A DNA stretch of 64,000 nt from an uncultured Spirochaetia bacterium. Lineage in GTDB: Bacteria; Desulfobacterota_D; UBA1144; Nemesobacterales; CSP1-2. Every line of letters starts with the position of its first letter. The stretch's first letter is position 1. Below, piece by piece: positions 59,146 to 64,000 of this stretch. The position numbers were made by a program, and so were the translations under genes. The notes below the pieces were generated by a model that was not told the DNA's origin, ran no database searches, and saw nothing but the letters and a program-made list of their open reading frames with translations. The stretch covers positions 4,318 through 68,317 of the forward strand of contig CAYMEO010000002.1 of the NCBI GenBank assembly GCA_964389705.1, in the 5' to 3' direction.

Positions 59146-60450
59146 CTATGCCGCCAAATCATATTTCTCTCCAAAGGTCATGAGGGCCTTTACGAAGCAC
59201 TCATAAGGAGCCTTCACAATTCCGGCTCCGATCTGTCCCACTCCTGTGGCTTTATGAATCACTGCGCTATTTATGCTTGGAAGAATCCCCGTTTCTATGA
59301 CCTTACGAATATCAATCCCCGTCGGGATTCCCTCGAAGTCTAGAGAGGGGATTGCAAATTTGGGATTTTTAATAATCGTAATCAAACCCATCTGCTTCGT
59401 TATATCTATGGCTTCCTGGAAGCCGCCGCCGGCAAATGAGGCCATAGCAGGCGCAGAAGCAATAGCGAATCCGCCAAGTCCCATAGTCTCTATAATTGCG
59501 CTATCCCCTATATCAGGAGCGCCCTCATCGGAACTATACCCTGGATTATATAGGGCATCGAGAAGATGAGGAGAGGGGGCTACAAACCAGCTATCTCCAA
59601 GCCCGCTTACGCGGATACCAAAATCTGTTCCATTTCGAGACATGGCAGTAACTATTGTAGAATCCTCTATATCACGGGCCGCATCCATTGCGAGTTTACA
59701 GCCAGTCATAGTTATATTGAGGAAGAAGTGACTGTTTCCGGCAATGAATCTGTAGACCTGTAGGGCGACATCACGAGATAAATCTATTGAAAAAAGAGGC
59801 TCAATGATGCTTTTGAGAAAGATGTTTGTAGAGGCAGCGTGACGGTTATGGCACTCATCTCCCATCTGAATTCCCTGAGCTAATATATTCCAGATCGAAA
59901 TGCCTTCTGCCTTTCTAATTACACTTTTCATCACGGGACCTAATACATCACGCATCCATCTGAGTCTCTCAAGCGTTTCATCTCCAAAAGCCCCAAACCA
60001 CAGAACCTTGCCCCCGCCTTCATTAAAAGTAGAATAGGCAGTTCTGCCGTATGTTAAATCCTTTGAGACAACTACGGGCATGGAAGGGGAGATGATTCCT
60101 GTCATAGGGCCTACGGCATCATGGTGATGGTTCGGAGAGATTTTAATTTTATTTGCCTGAATTAGCCTCTCCGCTTCTTGATTGTCACTGGCCAGTCCCT
60201 CAAAAATCAAGGCTCCTCTAATAGCCCTCTTCATTGGGTCACACACCCTTTCCCATTCAATTGGCGGACCTGCATGGAGTATGGTATTAGGGGTCATATT
60301 GGGTATGGCATTGAGTGCAGTATTTACATCAACGAGAACTGGCTCAACAGAGAGTATTCTCTCTATAGCAACCGCATTTGCCTCATTAATCCGCTCTCCC
60401 AGGTACATTGTCTCTCTTGATTTTCCCTGAATTTTGGTTTTGGTAGCCAT
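59146..60450 (-). CDS. DUF1116-family protein (YlbE/AllG-like)
   Basis: 434 aa, immediately upstream of fdrA. DUF1116 proteins co-occur with FdrA in the cluster organisation seen here. Confidence 0.65.
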   Translation of the reverse strand: MATKTKIQGKSRETMYLGERINEANAVAIERILSVEPVLVDVNTALNAIPNMTPNTILHAGPPIEWERVCDPMKRAIRGALIFEGLASDNQEAERLIQANKIKISPNHHHDAVGPMTGIISPSMPVVVSKDLTYGRTAYSTFNEGGGKVLWFGAFGDETLERLRWMRDVLGPVMKSVIRKAEGISIWNILAQGIQMGDECHNRHAASTNIFLKSIIEPLFSIDLSRDVALQVYRFIAGNSHFFLNITMTGCKLAMDAARDIEDSTIVTAMSRNGTDFGIRVSGLGDSWFVAPSPHLLDALYNPGYSSDEGAPDIGDSAIIETMGLGGFAIASAPAMASFAGGGFQEAIDITKQMGLITIIKNPKFAIPSLDFEGIPTGIDIRKVIETGILPSINSAVIHKATGVGQIGAGIVKAPYECFVKALMTFGEKYDLAA

Positions 60451-60463
60451 GTAATCGAGTTCC

Positions 60464-61045
60464 TCACGAGGGCGGGACAGCGAGCACCCATATTAGCTTT
60501 GCCCGGACGTTGCCTATATTCCTCCATCTATGTTCTGCAATCGTTCTAAAATGGAGGCTATCGCCGGGGTTAAGTACATATACCTTGTTATTTACCTGAA
60601 ATTCCATTTTTCCTTCAATGCAATAGACCAACTCCTCTCCGCGATGACTCATGGGTTTTCTGCCACTTGACGCCCCAATCTCAACCACCGCGTAAGCAGC
60701 AGTCATGATGAAGTCACCGTATTTTTTCGCAGAGACGCATTGTAAGTCTAACCCTTTCTTAAAGGTGAATATTGACTCGCGCTTACCCGAAGGGACAAAG
60801 ACGGCGTCCTCTTCTTCTTCCTCTATAAAGAAGCTGACCTTTTTCCCTAGGGCGTCTGCTATTTTCATCATGGTAGTTATTGTTGGGGTTATGCCATTCG
60901 ACTCAATCCTGTGAATCCCGGCTGCAGAGATACCGGATTTTTGGGCTAAGTCCTGAAGAGACCAACCCTTTTCAATGCGAAGGGCCTTTATTTTCTCCCC
61001 CAGCTTTGATATAATTCTGTCTACCTGATTCTTCTCTTCAACCAT
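60464..61045 (-). CDS. XRE-family HTH transcriptional regulator with C-terminal cupin sensor domain
   Basis: N-terminal HTH 'LRIEKGWSLQDLAQKSGISAAGIHRIESN'. C-terminal cupin (HRGEELVYCIEGKMEF...PGDSLHF). Confidence 0.8.
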   Translation of the reverse strand: MVEEKNQVDRIISKLGEKIKALRIEKGWSLQDLAQKSGISAAGIHRIESNGITPTITTMMKIADALGKKVSFFIEEEEEDAVFVPSGKRESIFTFKKGLDLQCVSAKKYGDFIMTAAYAVVEIGASSGRKPMSHRGEELVYCIEGKMEFQVNNKVYVLNPGDSLHFRTIAEHRWRNIGNVRAKLIWVLAVPPS

Positions 61046-61056
61046 CTACTTACCTG

Positions 61057-62067
61057 TTAACTGATATTAGAATTTATCTTTTCAATTCCAATCAAAGGCT
61101 CTGTTTTAAAGTCCCAAAAGAGATTTTTTTCGCCCGAATCCCTAACGAAAAGAACTTGACAGTCAGAGGTTACTTTCCCGATCTGCTCACACACTAAATC
61201 AAGCTTTCTGAAAATCTCTTTAACCTTTGCAGTATTATGGGGTCTTAAAGACAGAACAAATCCAAAACTCGGGAACGTAATCAGCCAATCTTTTAGAGAG
61301 ACATTAGAGGGCATAGGGATTTTATCAATGTAAATCTCTGCACCCTTCTGGGAACACTCAAGAAGCATTAATGTTGAGCCTATGAGTCCAGCCATACTTA
61401 TGTCCTTTCCTGCATCTGCCAGTTCATCTTCGGCTATCTGTGGAAGAAGCTCCAACTGGGTTAGAGCCTCTTTGTCACTTAAGTTGCTTGAAGAATCCCA
61501 GAAATTAAAACCCGAATAGAACCTCCCATTGAGGTTGGAGACAAAAACCAGATCGTCATCTGTCTTGGCATCAAAGCTCGAGATCAACCTCTTGGCCTTA
61601 CCAAGTATAGAAACGGAGAGCGAAGAGCAACCCGATTCGAGGGTAAAATGTCCGCCAACTACGGGAACCTTATAACGTAATGCATTGTCTCTAATTCCAT
61701 GGAGTACTTTCTCAGCCTCTTCGGAATCTGATGCGAAGATCACATCTACAATTGCCAGAGGTCTGCCGCCCATAGCGTATATATCATTTACATTTGTAAG
61801 AACAGATGTGCGCCCAGCAAGGTAAGGATTTGATTTTAAGAGGGGGGGGTAAACACCTTCTGCAGCAAGAAGCAGGTAACCGTCTTGGGTTTTAATGGAT
61901 GCCGCATCGTCGCCAATAAATATATCATTGCCGTTGATTTGTGGGGTCTGAGGTAATAGGTGCCAGAGGTTTTTTAACTTTGCCTTGTGGTCTAAACGGG
62001 TAGAAGAACGTAAAGCAGAAATTAGCTCATGCATTTGTTTTTCTTGTTCATATGTGTTTGCATTCAT
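61057..62067 (-). CDS. AIR-synthase-related (PurM-like) protein, sll0787-type
   Basis: PurM N-domain motif 'FIGDDAASIKT'. 336 aa. Lies 16 nt downstream of the GNAT gene; the two are encoded as one fused protein in some other genomes. Confidence 0.65.
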   Translation of the reverse strand: MNANTYEQEKQMHELISALRSSTRLDHKAKLKNLWHLLPQTPQINGNDIFIGDDAASIKTQDGYLLLAAEGVYPPLLKSNPYLAGRTSVLTNVNDIYAMGGRPLAIVDVIFASDSEEAEKVLHGIRDNALRYKVPVVGGHFTLESGCSSLSVSILGKAKRLISSFDAKTDDDLVFVSNLNGRFYSGFNFWDSSSNLSDKEALTQLELLPQIAEDELADAGKDISMAGLIGSTLMLLECSQKGAEIYIDKIPMPSNVSLKDWLITFPSFGFVLSLRPHNTAKVKEIFRKLDLVCEQIGKVTSDCQVLFVRDSGEKNLFWDFKTEPLIGIEKINSNIS

Positions 62068-62083
62068 GACTAAAATATGCTTC

Positions 62084-62533
62084 TTAAGCCAAATCCAAAT
62101 CCGCTTCCATTAGCTGATGGGGAAAACCTTGATAAGTCACTGGCTCTCCTACCGTTTTCCATCCCAATCTCTCAAAAAATCTCACGTTCTGGGGCTGAAT
62201 ATATGCTAGGAATCTCTTGCATCCGTTGGATCTTACCGTTTTTACAGCGAGTCTCACAAGCCCTGGTCCCACCTGTCCGTTGCGATATGCAGGAGCAACT
62301 CCAAGTCGTCCACCGAACCAAGTATCTTCTTTCTCCCTATAGCATCTGACTGCTCCTACCACCCTTCCAGTTGATTTATCAATTGCAACTATATGCACTG
62401 CGCTCCGGTCATAGTGGTCTATGTCGGTTTCAGGAAATATTTTCTGTTCTTGGACAAAGACATCGTGGCGGAGGCGAAAATACTCTTCTAATTCCTCTGC
62501 AGTTTCAGCGATCTTGAATATAAATTCCCCCAT
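62084..62533 (-). CDS. GNAT-family N-acetyltransferase (Sll0786/MSMEG_0567 N-terminal-domain-like)
   Basis: Start re-set to the ATG at 62533 behind GGAGG. GNAT motif A 'RLGVAPAYRNGQVGPGLVRLAV'. Confidence 0.7.
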   Translation of the reverse strand: MGEFIFKIAETAEELEEYFRLRHDVFVQEQKIFPETDIDHYDRSAVHIVAIDKSTGRVVGAVRCYREKEDTWFGGRLGVAPAYRNGQVGPGLVRLAVKTVRSNGCKRFLAYIQPQNVRFFERLGWKTVGEPVTYQGFPHQLMEADLDLA

Positions 62534-62709
62534 CTCCGCCTCCACGGAATTTATAGAAGAAGATACTCTCGAATATAACTTAGAATCGAGAACTCTCGTC
62601 TGTTATTTACTATATTCATCATTTTATCAACTTTGATAAACGTAGTCAAGGGCTTTTTTCTGCAGGAGTTGTAATTTGTGCCGTTTGTCTGTCTGTGTAG
62701 AATATCTCT

Positions 62710-63873
62710 ATGACATTTGGCGTTTACGTTCACATTCCATATTGTGTAAAGAAGTGCCCATACTGCGATTTTAATTCCTATGGTGTGGGAAAACGTATTC
62801 CGGAGAGGGAATATACGGGGGCAATTCTCAAAGAACTCGACCTCTATAGAGATTCAATAGAGGGGTCTTCTCTGAGTTCAATATTTTTCGGCGGTGGAAC
62901 ACCTTCTCTATTTTCCCCGGAGAGTATAGGGAAAATAATAGGTGAAATCTTGAAGGTGACCTGTCCTTTAGATTCAATTGAGATCTCATTGGAAGTAAAT
63001 CCAAAAACGGCGGACTTAGAAAAGTTAAGAGGTTTGTGTGACACAGGAGTAAATAGAATCAGCGTCGGAGTACAATCCTTTTCGGAAAGAAAACTTAAAC
63101 TACTTGGAAGGATAAATACATCTGATGATAGCAGGAAAACATTAGACGACATAATTAAGGTGGGATTTAAAAATTTCAATCTCGACCTTATGTTTGGGGT
63201 CTCCTTTGAAACCCTCGATGAGTGGAGAGCGGATTTAGAAGAGGCGCTTAGATTTAATACGACTCATATATCTGCCTACTGCCTTACGATTGAAGATGAT
63301 ACGGAATTTGGAGCGCTTTACTCAAATGGCAAACTACCGCTTCCCGATGAAGATACGCTCGCGGAGATGCTCTCTTTCACGTCTTATTTTTTAGAAGATA
63401 CCGGCTACAGACAATATGAGATTTCAAACTTTGCAAAGCCGGGGTTTGAGTGCAGACATAACCTCATTTACTGGAAAGGGGGAGATTATCTTGGGCTTGG
63501 CGCTGGTGCCCATTCGCACATTTCTTCGATTAGATTAAGTACTTGGGGGATTAGATGGGCGAACTTAAAAAATCCTGATGCTTATATGAAAGCGGTTTTA
63601 GATGGCAAAAAACCCCTAGCATTTAAAGAGTATCTCGAAAAAGATGAAGCCTTTGAGGATAGGATTCTTATGGGACTTAGGCTTCAAGAGGGAGTTAGTC
63701 TTACGAATATCAATGAGAGTTTTGGGACAAAACTGTGCTTAGACAAATTAGATTCCCTTATAGATAGTGGTTTTTTAGAGTTATCTGGTGATTTGATTCG
63801 ACTGAGTAAAAAGGGGATCCCAGTTTCAAACGAACTCATTATGAGGGTTCTTGACTCATTTGTTTTTGATTGA
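62710..63873 (+). CDS. hemW: Radical-SAM heme chaperone HemW (HemN-like, oxygen-independent coproporphyrinogen oxidase family)
   Basis: 'YVHIPYCVKKCPYCDFNS' CX3CX2C motif and HemN C-terminal domain. 387 aa. Confidence 0.9.
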   Translation: MTFGVYVHIPYCVKKCPYCDFNSYGVGKRIPEREYTGAILKELDLYRDSIEGSSLSSIFFGGGTPSLFSPESIGKIIGEILKVTCPLDSIEISLEVNPKTADLEKLRGLCDTGVNRISVGVQSFSERKLKLLGRINTSDDSRKTLDDIIKVGFKNFNLDLMFGVSFETLDEWRADLEEALRFNTTHISAYCLTIEDDTEFGALYSNGKLPLPDEDTLAEMLSFTSYFLEDTGYRQYEISNFAKPGFECRHNLIYWKGGDYLGLGAGAHSHISSIRLSTWGIRWANLKNPDAYMKAVLDGKKPLAFKEYLEKDEAFEDRILMGLRLQEGVSLTNINESFGTKLCLDKLDSLIDSGFLELSGDLIRLSKKGIPVSNELIMRVLDSFVFD

Positions 63874-63885
63874 AAACTAGGATTA

Positions 63886-64000
63886 TTTTTTTTGTTTCAA
63901 TGGGTACTCAATTCCGTCTAATTCTATATAGAATCTATCTCCTTCTTGCTTGAGGTACTTAGTAATCTCATAGTAGGCGGGTCTTGAGAATCTGGCTTCG
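63886..64000 (-). CDS. 3' end of an ORF that continues beyond the window (product unknown)
   Basis: The minus-strand frame is open from the window edge down to a TAA complementary to 63883-63885. C-terminal peptide '...EARFSRPAYYEITKYLKQEGDRFYIELDGIEYPLKQKK'. Too short in the window to assign. Confidence 0.25.

Noticed and set aside
1-64000. tRNA/rRNA genes, CRISPR arrays, IS elements or integrases
   Set aside because: A visual scan of the intergenic regions found no T-loop (GGTTCGAATCC-like) or cloverleaf candidates, though a short-motif scan by eye is not conclusive. No rRNA-like stretches and no arrays of regularly spaced direct repeats were seen. No transposase or recombinase-like ORFs are present.

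Overview
This is a 64-kb chromosomal segment from what looks like a Gram-negative bacterium, since it carries a TolC-type outer-membrane factor; GC content appears to be roughly 45% by eye, not measured, and most genes have strong GGAGG-type ribosome-binding sites.

**Part 1 - contents.** About 60 protein-coding genes are packed tightly on both strands. The ORF track accepts TTG/GTG starts, so several 5' ends were re-set using RBS position and family N-termini. I found no rRNA genes, CRISPR array, insertion sequence or integrase; tRNA genes were looked for only by eye (a T-loop motif search of the intergenic regions) and none was seen.

Supported content:
- **Metal efflux:** a cusC/cusB/cusA-like heavy-metal RND operon (2.5-8.7 kb).
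- **Heat-shock and chaperone genes:** clpB, two near-identical Hsp20 paralogs that each carry a duplicated promoter element, and a cbpA/cbpM-like pair followed by a DUF1844 gene.
- **Translation and other housekeeping:** proS, hisS, prmA, pyrF, ispG, hldE, trxA, tatA, apbC/mrp with a stand-alone DUF59 partner, and hemW.
- **Transport and energetics:** a K+-independent-type membrane pyrophosphatase (hppA, GNTTKA motif), an isolated nuoG-nuoH pair, a KirBac-type inward-rectifier K+ channel, a Kef-type CPA2 antiporter with RCK domain, and an MFS transporter.
- **Methionine salvage and polyamine genes, scattered:** mtnA, mtnP, a PfkB-family kinase and speH.

**Part 2 - the candidate system.** The most interesting region is a ~12.8-kb all-minus-strand cluster at 49.7-62.5 kb. 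It combines:
- the conserved but functionally unsolved 'MSMEG_0565-0572 / sll0783-0787 nitrogen-starvation' gene set (GNAT, AIR-synthase-like, radical-SAM-like, flavin disulfide oxidoreductase, small protein, putative DUF2877-like protein, GT4 glycosyltransferase);
- an FdrA / DUF1116 / carbamate-kinase module of the kind that forms oxamate carbamoyltransferase plus carbamate kinase in E. coli;
- an amidohydrolase and an unassigned DsrE-like-length protein;
- an embedded XRE-cupin regulator.

It is flanked on its low-coordinate side by a segment that appears more GC-rich by eye (roughly 55-57%, not measured). The combination suggests a pathway that makes or breaks down a carbamoylated nitrogenous small molecule with ATP recovery via carbamoyl phosphate.

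**Other items worth a second look.** A 98-bp structured inverted-repeat element sits between nuoG and nuoH. Perfect palindromic terminators at 41539-41564 and 48699-48726 share TAGGGG...CCCCTA ends; a third perfect palindrome at 16785-16802 has a related core. A 9-bp inverted repeat lies upstream of clpB. A 468-bp gene-free convergent gap may hold an sRNA.
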